This document shows, piece by piece, positions 9,681-19,762 of a stretch of DNA of 64,000 bases. The translations under genes and the position numbers were made by a program. The stretch spans positions 1 to 64,000 of the forward strand of contig CBDFFH010000027.1 of assembly GCA_965246715.1 (NCBI GenBank), written 5' to 3'. The stretch comes from Chamaesiphon sp. (GTDB lineage Bacteria > Cyanobacteriota > Cyanobacteriia > Cyanobacteriales > Chamaesiphonaceae). Under the pieces are notes generated by a model. It ran no database searches. It was not told the DNA's origin and was given only the letters and a program-made list of their open reading frames with translations. Position 1 is the first letter of the stretch. Every line of letters begins with the position of its first letter.

Positions 9681-11720
9681 CTAGAGATTCGCGCCCGTAG
9701 CGGCGGGGATGGGCGGCGGCGGTTGTTTCCCCAACGAGGAGGCTGCGCCAACGTGCGACGCTCTGTTGTAATCTAAGAGTCTACCGAGATCGGTATAAGT
9801 TAGTGGTTTGAGTTCGTCTTCGACCATTAAATCTGCGGGGATAAGGTATTTTTTCTCTTCTTCAATTTCATACTCATTTATATCGAAGCCAGAAGCTTGA
9901 AAACAATTGATGAGGTCGCTACCGACAACATGTAATGGGTCAAAATTAGATATTGAATTTTCTGTTACTGCTTCGTTACTTAATGGCAATAGCCGTTCTA
10001 GAATTTGCGTGTATCGTAATAATTCCTGACTAAAATCGATTTGCGAGGAGCGATCGCGCTCGGCAATTATAAATTCTCTAATAGCGTTGTAATCTGCAAT
10101 CGAGCTATCCTTAAAAGCCTTACTCTGCTTTGAATCGTAACTAAACTGATGGACAAACGGAATGCTAACATTATCTTTATTTCCAGTTCCTGGAGATTGA
10201 ATGATACATTTACCTTTCGGAAATTGACCGATGACGTGAGCTTCGATCAATGGCTTTTTATGTAACTGCTCGTTCTCCGACCGACTGTTACCGCTATTTT
10301 TACCAAAGTTATAAGATTTAGAGTTTGACTTTAACTCCAGTTCTTCCTCTCCAAAGGCTTGTGAGAGAGCGCGTTCTGTATCGGGATCGCCTGGATTAAA
10401 CCATGCTTTAGTATTGCAATTAGTTAAAAAGCCTCTAGCTCGATCTTTACCGTAAATCGCATCTAATTGACTGAGATATTGCGTACCGATAATTATCGAG
10501 GAACCATTATAGCGATCGACAGCCAACCATTTGAGAACGATGGGTAAATTTAAAAGATGAAACTCATCAAGACTGATTACCAGTGGCTCTTGCCTTCCCG
10601 CTCTGAGGTTATAAGCGACGACTTGGTGGATTGCCATCGCAATCAATGGCACTGTGCTAGCTACGTTGTCGGGGTCGAGCATGAAGACGACCATCTGCTT
10701 GCCATCAACCTTGAGCGGATCTTGAGGGTCGAAACCTGGAAAGGTTGTCTTACCGCAAAATGTCGAGAGATAATTTGGTATTACCAGTGGAGCTAGCATT
10801 TTAATGGCTGTGGCTAAAATACTGCCTTCAGGACTATTTTGGCCGTCTTTTTTACCAGTTGCAGTTAAGATTCCAAATTCAGAGTAGATCCAGGGATCGA
10901 TGGTGTCGCGACCAGCTATCAATCGCTTAGACAGATTGGGCAATTTGAGAATCTGGTTGACCATTAAAATATTGGCAAGCAGCGGATCTCCTTCGACTTT
11001 GGCGATCCATTTAGCTAGTAAGAAAGCACCAGATAAAACCGAAGATCCCGCAGGATCGAAGAATGAGTCCTTCTTAGCATCCTTTTCGCTGGTATTGTCA
11101 ATTAGTACTGCTACTCGCTCCCGTGCCCCAGCAACATCTCGCTCGTCTTTAATCGAATCAAAAGTATTGAAAGTGTTGGAAATGGCATCGCCTGGAGCTA
11201 GTACCCTGACTTCGTAACCATGTCTGAGGGCGAGCGGAATTAACGTCTCAGATTGACCGCCACGACCTTTGCCATCGAATAAAGCGATCGACATTCCCTG
11301 AGCGATCGCTGAATGTAGGCAAGGATTGATGATATTGTCAGTCTTGCCACAACCAGTAGCACCGCAAGTAAATAGCCCGCGATTGATTTCTGGAAACATG
11401 ATATTTGCGCCAGACTTTCGCCCCAAAATCCGATCTGGGGGACTTACTGGCGTACCGATCGGTTCGGTGATGTAGTAAGCAGCATTATCGAACTTACGTT
11501 TGGCGATCGCCATTTTAGCCAGCTTGCGACACCGTTGAATCTCGCCTGGGGTCGCCCACCTTGCGGTAGCAGTTTTCCCTTTTTTCCCGTTTCTACTCTG
11601 AATGACACTGAGGATAATAAATAGCAATCCCAGACCCAAAACAGTCATTAGGGATGGATCTAACTTCGTTTCCTTGGGCAGTGCTGGGGGAATGAAACTA
11701 ACTTGGCTTGCAGATTTCAT
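9681..11720 (-). CDS. virD4: Type IV coupling protein VirD4/TraG
   Basis: N-terminal TM, ATARWA, GATGCGKT, SFFDPAG, ISLDEF, GTQYLSQL..IYG, TKAWFNPGD. Confidence 0.95.
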   Translation of the reverse strand: MKSASQVSFIPPALPKETKLDPSLMTVLGLGLLFIILSVIQSRNGKKGKTATARWATPGEIQRCRKLAKMAIAKRKFDNAAYYITEPIGTPVSPPDRILGRKSGANIMFPEINRGLFTCGATGCGKTDNIINPCLHSAIAQGMSIALFDGKGRGGQSETLIPLALRHGYEVRVLAPGDAISNTFNTFDSIKDERDVAGARERVAVLIDNTSEKDAKKDSFFDPAGSSVLSGAFLLAKWIAKVEGDPLLANILMVNQILKLPNLSKRLIAGRDTIDPWIYSEFGILTATGKKDGQNSPEGSILATAIKMLAPLVIPNYLSTFCGKTTFPGFDPQDPLKVDGKQMVVFMLDPDNVASTVPLIAMAIHQVVAYNLRAGRQEPLVISLDEFHLLNLPIVLKWLAVDRYNGSSIIIGTQYLSQLDAIYGKDRARGFLTNCNTKAWFNPGDPDTERALSQAFGEEELELKSNSKSYNFGKNSGNSRSENEQLHKKPLIEAHVIGQFPKGKCIIQSPGTGNKDNVSIPFVHQFSYDSKQSKAFKDSSIADYNAIREFIIAERDRSSQIDFSQELLRYTQILERLLPLSNEAVTENSISNFDPLHVVGSDLINCFQASGFDINEYEIEEEKKYLIPADLMVEDELKPLTYTDLGRLLDYNRASHVGAASSLGKQPPPPIPAATGANL
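9728..9751 (-). repeat. 24-nt double-hairpin small dispersed repeat (in virD4)
   Basis: TTGGCGCAGCCTCCTCGTTGGGGA. Confidence 0.65.
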
Positions 11721-12183
11721 AATCGTCGATCGTATTATTTATTGGTTGTCTGACGTTGAAGCAACCGCTCTTTTTAAGAGTAGAAAATGGAAATGACTTA
11801 TCGGGCAAATCTATTAATTGTAAAGACTTTGTATATTTATCGCGATCGTCTACCACCACATGCAAACAACCCGCTTTACCACAAGTTTGAGGAAAATTAA
11901 ACCGATAAATCGTAAATGTCGTTCCGCCGCTATCGATCCTAGTGGCAAGAATTTTCTGAACTATTTGGGAAGCAGTAAAAGTTTTAGATGTGTTGATACT
12001 GCGAGCGATAACTCGCTCGATCTCTTGAGTTGAAGAAATATCTGTTGCCATCGAGTACGAGCCATTGGTAGCATGAAATTTACCATTAACCCAATTGGCT
12101 ACTTGAGTTGTTAACAAGACACTAACTATCGCTAGTGGAACGGCTAACGTGAGTGTAGATTTAAGACTTTTGAAATTTCTCAT
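11698..12183 (-). CDS. Exported hypothetical protein of the T4SS cluster
   Basis: Signal/TM N-terminus, CGKAGCL motif. Start at ATG 12183. Confidence 0.65.
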   Translation of the reverse strand: MRNFKSLKSTLTLAVPLAIVSVLLTTQVANWVNGKFHATNGSYSMATDISSTQEIERVIARSINTSKTFTASQIVQKILATRIDSGGTTFTIYRFNFPQTCGKAGCLHVVVDDRDKYTKSLQLIDLPDKSFPFSTLKKSGCFNVRQPINNTIDDYEICKPS

Positions 12184-12199
12184 TAAATATTTACTCTTG

Positions 12200-13630
12200 C
12201 TAGACCGCGTATCGCTTCGCAAATGGTAATTTAGCAACACTATCGGAATAGATATTTAGAGTGGGACTATATGAGTTCTTAGTAGCCGACCCAAATAATG
12301 CCACCTTGTCATACCCAACTGTGGATGGAACGCTAGGTGTTACGGATGGGGTTTCTGTCGCTGTTGGAACCGAAGCTATCGATGGAGTAGTTGGGATTGT
12401 TGGAGATGGAAATAATTTATTGGCAACGGGTTTAACCTTCATCGGAATTAGCAAATTACCTTGCTTCTCATTAGCTGGGAGCGGCAGCGGCAGGGGGTGA
12501 AAATAGGGTGTAGCTATGAATCCAATAATTGGCAGGGTATAACAATAGCGAAAACTAAGCGTTTGTTGAGCCGTCCCAGCTTTGACATTAGGAGATCTCG
12601 CAGACCATTTCGAGCCGCAGTCTCCAAAACCGATATATGGGACTTCAAACCCTGAGTCCTCCCGAACCCCAGCAGCAGTAAATAAATCGCCGAGGAATCC
12701 ATAACCACCCTTGAGCTGCAAGCCAATCGGCGAAATCGTCCCGTTGTAAGGGTTTAAATCGCTATTGGAGGCTACGGCACTCAGCAGTTCGACGGCATCG
12801 CAGTTTTTACAGGGGGCATTCGGCTCTTTATTACTTCCGGCGGCAACTTTATCGCCATTAGCAACACTCAATTCTTTTTGCCCCGAATGGAGGAGATCGA
12901 ATTTCAGCAGCGTCAATCCTGGAGGGATGGCACCGATTTTAATGAATTTATCCCAGGATAATTTAGCAACACCAGGCATGTCAGCAACATAGACCGTCTC
13001 ACCTGGATTGGTGGGATCGAGTGGTGGCTTGCCGATCCCAGGATAGTCGCCGTAGGGAGTATCGGTAACGCCAGGGAGATTTTCAGTCGGGGTGGAGGCT
13101 AAAACATCCGCAGGGAGTGGAGTTTTCCCTAGTGGGCTATTGGCAGTATCTCCCACGGACTTATTGGGATCGGCTGCACCCCAGCTCGGAAAAACATCGC
13201 CAACCTTTAACTTTGCAAGTTGGGGATTTGCTGCGACAACCGAAGCAAAGGGTAATTTGCCAAAGAAAGGTAGGGCGGTTAATTTGGTGTTGGCAAAGGC
13301 ATTGGGATCGCCCCCTGATTCTGTCGTTGCTGATTGTGGCGAATACTTACTCGCCCCCATCATCGACCCCATTGCGCCAGGAACTGCGCTCGGAAGTGGC
13401 GTACCCGCAGTATACGAAAAGCTAGGAATTTGCGGTATGCGCGGATCGGCAACATAAGTCGCAGATGTAGTCGTCGGCGGACTATTGACAAATGTTGCCT
13501 GAGATAGAGACTTTTTAACTGCGGTTATTTGTTCGTCACTCAGTTTGGTGTCGCTATTTTCAGCGCGAACTGGGAGCGACAAACAGCCGAGACTAAATAA
13601 AATAGCCAGAAAAAGATTGCGATAAATCAT
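12200..13630 (-). CDS. Secreted Cys-containing MPF_C protein
   Basis: Signal peptide (VRA/E), Pro-rich body, PCKNCDAVEL and FRYC...TPYF motifs. Position before virD4. Confidence 0.7.
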   Translation of the reverse strand: MIYRNLFLAILFSLGCLSLPVRAENSDTKLSDEQITAVKKSLSQATFVNSPPTTTSATYVADPRIPQIPSFSYTAGTPLPSAVPGAMGSMMGASKYSPQSATTESGGDPNAFANTKLTALPFFGKLPFASVVAANPQLAKLKVGDVFPSWGAADPNKSVGDTANSPLGKTPLPADVLASTPTENLPGVTDTPYGDYPGIGKPPLDPTNPGETVYVADMPGVAKLSWDKFIKIGAIPPGLTLLKFDLLHSGQKELSVANGDKVAAGSNKEPNAPCKNCDAVELLSAVASNSDLNPYNGTISPIGLQLKGGYGFLGDLFTAAGVREDSGFEVPYIGFGDCGSKWSARSPNVKAGTAQQTLSFRYCYTLPIIGFIATPYFHPLPLPLPANEKQGNLLIPMKVKPVANKLFPSPTIPTTPSIASVPTATETPSVTPSVPSTVGYDKVALFGSATKNSYSPTLNIYSDSVAKLPFAKRYAV

Positions 13631-13631
13631 A

Positions 13632-13838
13632 TTACATTACCTCCTGAAAAATAGGGAAGACATAATTTTCCAAAAACACGTAAACACTCCAACCGCCTGC
13701 TATAACGTTGTAAGCAGCCGTCACAGTAGTTGAATAAACCGCTACTCTCAGTGTGGCTATGAAAATCGCCCGACGATGTTTGTAAAGCCACTGTCCGATT
13801 GATTCGGATTTAGATCGTCTAAAAGTATAACTCTGCAT
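13632..13838 (-). CDS. Small membrane protein
   Basis: 68-aa hydrophobic ORF from ATG 13838, ending 1 nt before the next start. Confidence 0.5.
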   Translation of the reverse strand: MQSYTFRRSKSESIGQWLYKHRRAIFIATLRVAVYSTTVTAAYNVIAGGWSVYVFLENYVFPIFQEVM

Positions 13839-13985
13839 TTTATTTAACTTGTTGTGGATAGTTTGATTTAAAGTAGCGCATCCCTCCATACAGTCCAGAC
13901 ACAACTCCAATTAGGGCACCTATGAATGTAATTATTACGATCGCTTGGAGGGCGAAATGTTGTGCCTGATGCCAATCTCTTCGAT

Positions 13986-14483
13986 TCATTTGAATACTCG
14001 CTCTCCTCTATAAAATCCAGTCGTTGGCGCAGCCCCTCCACCGGAGGAGCGATAGTTTGGTTGACTGAGAATCGCAACGGGTGAAAAAAACATCACGCTA
14101 TCAGTAACCTCTTTAACTTTGACTACGCTTACAGTCAAAACGCGCTTTCTGCCCGATCGATCGTTGAGAATCACTTTGAGCGAACCATTCAGATAACGAC
14201 CACCAGAACGGGCACTAATATTGAGTAGAGAAGCATTGACACATTTGTTGTTAGTACACCCATCGGTAGTAATTACAAATGAATCGCGGAAGCGTTCGGG
14301 ATTATCAAAAAATATCCTTTCGATCCGGCGATCGGTTGCCGACCAATCGAGTAACTGTCCGGTGTTTTCGGATACATTTGCAGTTACGCCTTCTCTTTGG
14401 AGCGATACCGTGCCAGCCCTAGCAGGAAGGCTAGAAAGTAGAAATGAAAGTAGTACTAAAGGTGGAATTTTACTTAATAACAT
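13986..14483 (-). CDS. Secreted VirB9-position protein
   Basis: Signal peptide (ARA/G), beta-rich, overlaps the end of the virB10-like gene. Confidence 0.6.
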   Translation of the reverse strand: MLLSKIPPLVLLSFLLSSLPARAGTVSLQREGVTANVSENTGQLLDWSATDRRIERIFFDNPERFRDSFVITTDGCTNNKCVNASLLNISARSGGRYLNGSLKVILNDRSGRKRVLTVSVVKVKEVTDSVMFFSPVAILSQPNYRSSGGGAAPTTGFYRGERVFK

Positions 14484-16683
14484 AATTGCCTTGGGTAGTC
14501 TGTACTGTTATCGATTGAGTTGGCGCAGACGGATAATTGGGGTTGAGAATCGGGGGTTGTGAAATTACTTGCAGATCTGGAGTTCCTGGGGGTTGAGTTG
14601 GAGTAGTCGTGAAATCAGGACTGGTGCCTGAAGGCTGAGGGGTTGCTGGCTGAGTTGGAGTTTTTGGAAGCTCAGTTGGAGCGGTGGTGTAATTAGGGTC
14701 GATAGCGCAAGCACTGCCTTGGCAGGTCGTTGGAGGCTGAGAAGTTGGTTGAGCTGGGGTAGTGGTGTAATTAGGGTTGGTGAGGGCTGGAGGCTGAGGG
14801 GTTGCTGGCTGAGTTGGCGCAGAATAGAAAGGATTGGGCGCAACGACATCCGCGCTGGAATTAATGACAGATTGAGTAGACATCGGATTTGGTGGTGTTT
14901 CTACAATTAATGAAGTAGCTGAAGCGTCCAAACGAGCGACTTTTGGTGCTGGCATGGGTAGAGAATTTTGGGTCGAACTTAAAGTTTGAGGAGCATTGTT
15001 GTTATCGATCGGGAGTTGAAAGGTTGCAGCTTGGGAGACATACACACGCATGGGCGTACCAGGTAGCAAGTAGCCGACTTTGCTCATTTTCTGTAATTTG
15101 TTAGCCAGACTATTAGCGCGGTTGACTTCAGCTTGAGCTTGCGGACTAAAAGCACCCTTAAATACAGCACCTAAAATATTGGGACTGCCGTTATTTTGAG
15201 TAGCAATGGTCGTACCCAGTCCGACGGTGACAGAGCTGCTATTGCCACCGTTAATTAAAACGTTACCGACTTCAGCCGCACCTCCGAAGATCGCAGCACG
15301 AGTATCCGCTGCGGCAAGTTGCGAGCCGTTGACCTCTTTGATTTGAGCGAATAACGGCTGGTTGTCGTTACCAGTGATGGCAAAGGCTCCAGCGGGAATA
15401 TCGATCTGAGTATTGCCGTAAATAACTTTTTTCGATACTGCCTGAATCATCCCGTTATCGGCAATCTGCAACTCGAACTCGATCGCCGTACCGACTGGTA
15501 AGTGCCAACCGGAGCCAACCTCGATCGCTTTGTCGATCGTCACAGTCGCCAGAGCTTTGGAATTTTGAGATACCCCTTCCCCATTGCCGATCGATGTGTA
15601 AAACGGCGTAACTAGTTTCCCAGAGACTACCTGACCGACTGGTAAGCGCAGAATGGGCGACATTGCATTGCCTCCAGCAAGAGCGAACGATCGATCGGTT
15701 GGCTTATTAGTAGTTGCATCATTAGGAATACCACCGTAATTAGCTAAGATTGAGGCTTGTTCCCAATCAAGTCTGGGTTGAGGAGCGACAGTCTGAGGCT
15801 TGGCAAGGCTCGGATTTTGGGCGACAACTCTTGTAGGCTGAGGCTTGGTAACAATCGGGCTTATCTGGACGATAGGTTGGGGTGTTCTAAGCGGCTGAGT
15901 CTTGGCAGCAATCGTGTTTCTTTGGACGACTCGTGCGGGTTGTGGTGTAAACGTCCTTTCTGAGTTTCCATTTCGTTGACTTTGGAGTAACGCTTGGTTT
16001 TTTCGCTCGCTAGCAGCTTGAGATCGAGCTGCTAATAACTGCGATCTCTCTTGCTGGAGAGATTGGCGCAGAGATGCTAGCTGGGATGTTTCTTGTTGCC
16101 GCGACTGGCGCAGGGATGATAATTGAGTTAATTCCTGCTGTTTCTGTTGTTGTAGAGAAGCGAGTATAGCCTTATCCCGATCTGAAGACTGCATTTTGTC
16201 GATCGGTTTGGTTGCAGTCGCAGTCGCAGCAGCAGGAGTCGGTAATGGACTGGCACTAGGCGTTGGGCTGGGGCTTGGCGATGCAGCTTTCGCCTGTTCT
16301 GCGGCGACTCTGGCTGCATCGGCTTTTTGCTGTTCCATCACCAGCTTAGTTTTTAAATCTGCAACTTCTTTTTGCTGTTCGGGAGTTGATTTAACAGCTT
16401 CGCCAGTGGTGAGAGAATCGGATTTTTTGGCAACTTGTGGAGCTGTAGCATTGCCCAGACCCCACAGCAACAGCATAGTTCCAACACCCAAAGTACTAAA
16501 TAGCCCCAATCCGATTAATAAGATCTGAAGTTTTGGATTTTTTTGTTGTGGCTGCGAATCTTCTTGAAGATCTGCCGCACTAGCAGGTTGAGATGGGGAT
16601 TCTGGAGATCCATCGCCAGATTTTGGCAATTCGATCCCCATATTTTTAGAAATTTCTGCAAGTGATAATTTTTGGAATGACAT
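14470..16683 (-). CDS. virB10: TrbI/VirB10-like protein
   Basis: TM, coiled coil, Pro-rich linker, VGQVVSGKLVTP...LPVGT...YLLPGTPMRVYV domain, Pro/Thr repeat tail. Confidence 0.8.
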   Translation of the reverse strand: MSFQKLSLAEISKNMGIELPKSGDGSPESPSQPASAADLQEDSQPQQKNPKLQILLIGLGLFSTLGVGTMLLLWGLGNATAPQVAKKSDSLTTGEAVKSTPEQQKEVADLKTKLVMEQQKADAARVAAEQAKAASPSPSPTPSASPLPTPAAATATATKPIDKMQSSDRDKAILASLQQQKQQELTQLSSLRQSRQQETSQLASLRQSLQQERSQLLAARSQAASERKNQALLQSQRNGNSERTFTPQPARVVQRNTIAAKTQPLRTPQPIVQISPIVTKPQPTRVVAQNPSLAKPQTVAPQPRLDWEQASILANYGGIPNDATTNKPTDRSFALAGGNAMSPILRLPVGQVVSGKLVTPFYTSIGNGEGVSQNSKALATVTIDKAIEVGSGWHLPVGTAIEFELQIADNGMIQAVSKKVIYGNTQIDIPAGAFAITGNDNQPLFAQIKEVNGSQLAAADTRAAIFGGAAEVGNVLINGGNSSSVTVGLGTTIATQNNGSPNILGAVFKGAFSPQAQAEVNRANSLANKLQKMSKVGYLLPGTPMRVYVSQAATFQLPIDNNNAPQTLSSTQNSLPMPAPKVARLDASATSLIVETPPNPMSTQSVINSSADVVAPNPFYSAPTQPATPQPPALTNPNYTTTPAQPTSQPPTTCQGSACAIDPNYTTAPTELPKTPTQPATPQPSGTSPDFTTTPTQPPGTPDLQVISQPPILNPNYPSAPTQSITVQTTQGNYVIK

Positions 16684-16693
16684 CTAATTATTC

Positions 16694-17536
16694 CTATTTA
16701 ATATTGGTAATTGAGATAACTTCTAAGCCTTCAGCACGAGCGATCTGAGCGGCTTTAGCAATGCCGATATCCTCATATTTACGAGTGACTTCAGATAATA
16801 GTGGTGGTGGCACCGCTCGCACGGTCATCTCGACGTTGATGTTTAGTTTCTTTGGTTGCTCGTTAGAACTATTAACGATTAATTGAGTGCCAGCAACTTT
16901 GACCTTCCATTTCCCCGCACCTATAGATTCTGGTTCGCTAACTTGCTCGACTAGATAAGCAGTTTGCACCGATTTGTTGCCATTTCCCTGCACGATCGAT
17001 TGCAGTTCGCCCAATTCTTTGCGATAACTATTGGCAAATTCTGGATCGAGGGCCAGAGTGTAGCGATATGCAGTAGTTGGAATCTTTTTTCCGCCTTCTA
17101 CAGCGATGCCAGGATCGGGAATATTGCCCTGTTCGGGCAGAGTGTTCCGCCAAGTGTAAATACCACTCATGGTTTTTTGAACGAAGAACTTAATCAGCGT
17201 TGGCGATCGATCGTTCCCCGTGAAAAATTCGAGTGTTTCTGTTTCTCCATTACCTCTAGTAATAAATGTCGGCATCGATCGCGAGACGGCAGCAAATAAC
17301 ATCCCGACAATCGCTACTCCGAAAAAAACATTAATAATGAGCAATCCAAATGTTGCCAGCTTCCACCCAGTAATAATATTTTTCGAGCGGATTTTTTCGG
17401 AACTATCTAGGATATATTCCTCTTGTCGTTCGCGTAGCGTCCGCCGCGCGGAATCGTCGCTCGAATCGTGGATAACTAGTGCCGACGAAGGTTCGTCACT
17501 TTGTGGAATGAAATTTGTTATTTGTCTAACTTTCAT
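16694..17536 (-). CDS. VirB8-like MPF_C protein
   Basis: Single TM, then RSP.LIKFFV...YTW...DPG and GKWKVKV. Synteny. Confidence 0.7.
   Translation of the reverse strand: MKVRQITNFIPQSDEPSSALVIHDSSDDSARRTLRERQEEYILDSSEKIRSKNIITGWKLATFGLLIINVFFGVAIVGMLFAAVSRSMPTFITRGNGETETLEFFTGNDRSPTLIKFFVQKTMSGIYTWRNTLPEQGNIPDPGIAVEGGKKIPTTAYRYTLALDPEFANSYRKELGELQSIVQGNGNKSVQTAYLVEQVSEPESIGAGKWKVKVAGTQLIVNSSNEQPKKLNINVEMTVRAVPPPLLSEVTRKYEDIGIAKAAQIARAEGLEVISITNIK
17429..17452 (+). repeat. 24-nt small dispersed repeat in CG|ATCG (virB8-like gene)
   Basis: TTCGCGTAGCGTCCGCCGCGCGGA. Confidence 0.8.
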
Positions 17537-17573
17537 TGTTTTACGATCGATAAACTGAATACAAAAGCTACAA

Positions 17574-18689
17574 TTATTTTGCCAATTTAGTCATGGATGG
17601 TTTCATAAAACCTACTATCTCACCTGCAACTTGAGCCGCAAGTGCGTAGATACCTGCGCCCCCTCCTCTAGCAATTACCCCTGCCAGGATAGGTGCGCCG
17701 ATCGCAAAGCCCAGTTCTAAGCTATAGGCTGGCTGGCTCCCCGATGTATTGGCGTTAATAAAACCAAGACACGCACCCAAAATCGTCATCGAGAACTTGA
17801 AAAAACCCAATCCCCATAATGAAGCAAACCAAATTTCTAGTGGTTTGGTATTAATAAATGAGAATGCTAATGGAATCGGTAAAGCCAGAATCGACAGAAT
17901 AAAACCTTCATCTGCCAGTTCGCCAACGACAACCGACCAACCATCTAAAATGGCACCAACCAACTTATCTCTAATCCATTTATCGGGATCTTTGACAAAT
18001 GAAACAAATTGATTCCAGACGCTATCGTAATCATATGAATCGACGAGGCTATTCATTTTGGCTTCTGTATCGGCTAATTGAGTAACGAGTTCGGGATCTG
18101 TTACCGATAGCTTTGCTGCGACAACCATTGTTTTTACATCTTTAGTACACTGGACGTATGCTGGATTTGGAATTACGTTGCCTACTTTGGCAGAATCGGG
18201 ATCGGCGATGGTTTTCGGTAACTTGATACAAACCTGCATTTGATTACTAATCGCCTTAATAGTTGCGTCGTTAGTTTTAATTCCGGCAAGTTCGGCGTTG
18301 ACACTTCCTAGCAATTTTGTCGTGGTTGCGATCGAATTATCGATCCCTCTAATTAGGGCATAATTCCCGACTGCGAACACACGCGCTCCATAGGCATTGC
18401 CGACGAACATAAATGTGATTAACAGCAGCGTCAAAATCCTCAGTAGATGATTTTTGAGATTATCAAAGGATAAGTCAGGGATAATTGGAATCAGCCAAAA
18501 TAGTACGCCAATTCCAGCGATAACTTTGCATGGCTCCGTAATTGCCATCCAAAAAGTATCGGTCATCGATGCTGCATTGCCAGTAATTAGGATGCTAATT
18601 ATCTTAAAGAGTGCTTGCTCGTATTCACTGGCAATTACAGCAGGATCGGTCGAGGCCAGGATTGTAGTGTGAAGGATATCGACAAACAA
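17574..18689 (-). CDS. VirB6-like polytopic membrane protein
   Basis: Multiple TMs, APILAGVIARGGG motif, position after virB4. Confidence 0.7.
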   Translation of the reverse strand: MFVDILHTTILASTDPAVIASEYEQALFKIISILITGNAASMTDTFWMAITEPCKVIAGIGVLFWLIPIIPDLSFDNLKNHLLRILTLLLITFMFVGNAYGARVFAVGNYALIRGIDNSIATTTKLLGSVNAELAGIKTNDATIKAISNQMQVCIKLPKTIADPDSAKVGNVIPNPAYVQCTKDVKTMVVAAKLSVTDPELVTQLADTEAKMNSLVDSYDYDSVWNQFVSFVKDPDKWIRDKLVGAILDGWSVVVGELADEGFILSILALPIPLAFSFINTKPLEIWFASLWGLGFFKFSMTILGACLGFINANTSGSQPAYSLELGFAIGAPILAGVIARGGGAGIYALAAQVAGEIVGFMKPSMTKLAK

Positions 18690-18755
18690 AATAGTTATGC
18701 TCCATTTCAGGAGTTGAGAGTTGAGAATTGATAGTCGATCGTTGATAAATATGAA

Positions 18756-19752
18756 TTAGATCCAGCAAATATTACTTGACGCACACAACCGAGCGCGAAC
18801 CTTGATTTTGTTAGCTTCAAGGTAAGTATCGCTGAGGGCATTCATTGTTGCCTCCACCCGCTTCTCCTCGTCCTCAGCGAGATTTCGCTGTTGTACCAGA
18901 GCGTTGTGCTTGGCTTGGTTTTCGCCTTGAGATAAATTAGCAAGCCCGATCGTATTTGCAGTGGCACCCATAATCAGACTTTGTGAGAGCATGTTGTTCA
19001 TCGCTCCCATGCGGGAAAAGCTGCTTCCTGCCCCCGCACTGATATTGGCTTGAGCGGCACCAACTGCCAGTGTGGAATTGTTGGCATCGCCAGTCGCACC
19101 CATAATTGAGGAAACTGCTTTGTTGGTGTTTTGGCGATTAGCTTCAGCAACACTGGCTCCAGACTTAGATTTACCCAAATCTATTTGAGCGATCACAGCT
19201 TTGGTATCTAAACCTTTGCCATTAAGTAGGTTTGAAGCCTGATAAGCAATCATCTTGCCTGTAGGGTCGTCGGTTTTGACGCTACCATCTGGATTCAAAG
19301 GTTGGATATTACCCGCTGCATCGAGTCCGTAACTGCCAAAATTAATCCCTACACCAGTACCACCATTCATCCCTGCCGTAGCTTGTCCGATTTGTGCAAG
19401 GGTGGGTTGCTGTCCTGCTAGTACGCTTTGAGCGATCGGGGCGTATTTCGATGCAGTCGTTAGAGCTGAAGCAATATTCGGATCTAATCCTGGGAAGGGC
19501 AGTAACTATCCCACTAAAGACAGTAGATAAATTGCCATTACTCGATAAGATCGATTGAATGCCGCTGGGGTTGAATGTGGGATTTGCTGTTGGGTCGGTG
19601 GGATTTGCCGTGGGTGTATCGCTTGGAGCGATCGAGGATGGAAGTGGATTGGCTGTCCCACCAAGAGTTGCTGCTTCAGCTCCGAGTGGGAGTAAGCTCA
19701 TCAGAAAGCTGGACATGAATGCGATCGTCAGTAATAAGGGATAGTTTTTCAT
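18756..19752 (-). pseudogene. Secreted VirB5-position protein split by a +1 frameshift
   Basis: Signal-peptide ORF from ATG 19752 joins the 18756..19370 frame if one G of GGG 19492-19494 is removed (ALPGLDPNIAS...). Span is 997 nt = 3n+1. Confidence 0.65.
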
Positions 19753-19762
19753 AATCTTTCTC

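Noticed and set aside
13868..14077. Overlapping 69-aa ORF as a frameshifted continuation of the VirB9-position gene
   Set aside because: No motif supports it. Cannot be decided without homologs.
14560..14830. Repeated 26-nt units resembling an array
   Set aside because: They encode Pro/Thr/Gln repeats (PTQPATPQP) of the VirB10-like tail. No CRISPR periodicity and no cas genes.
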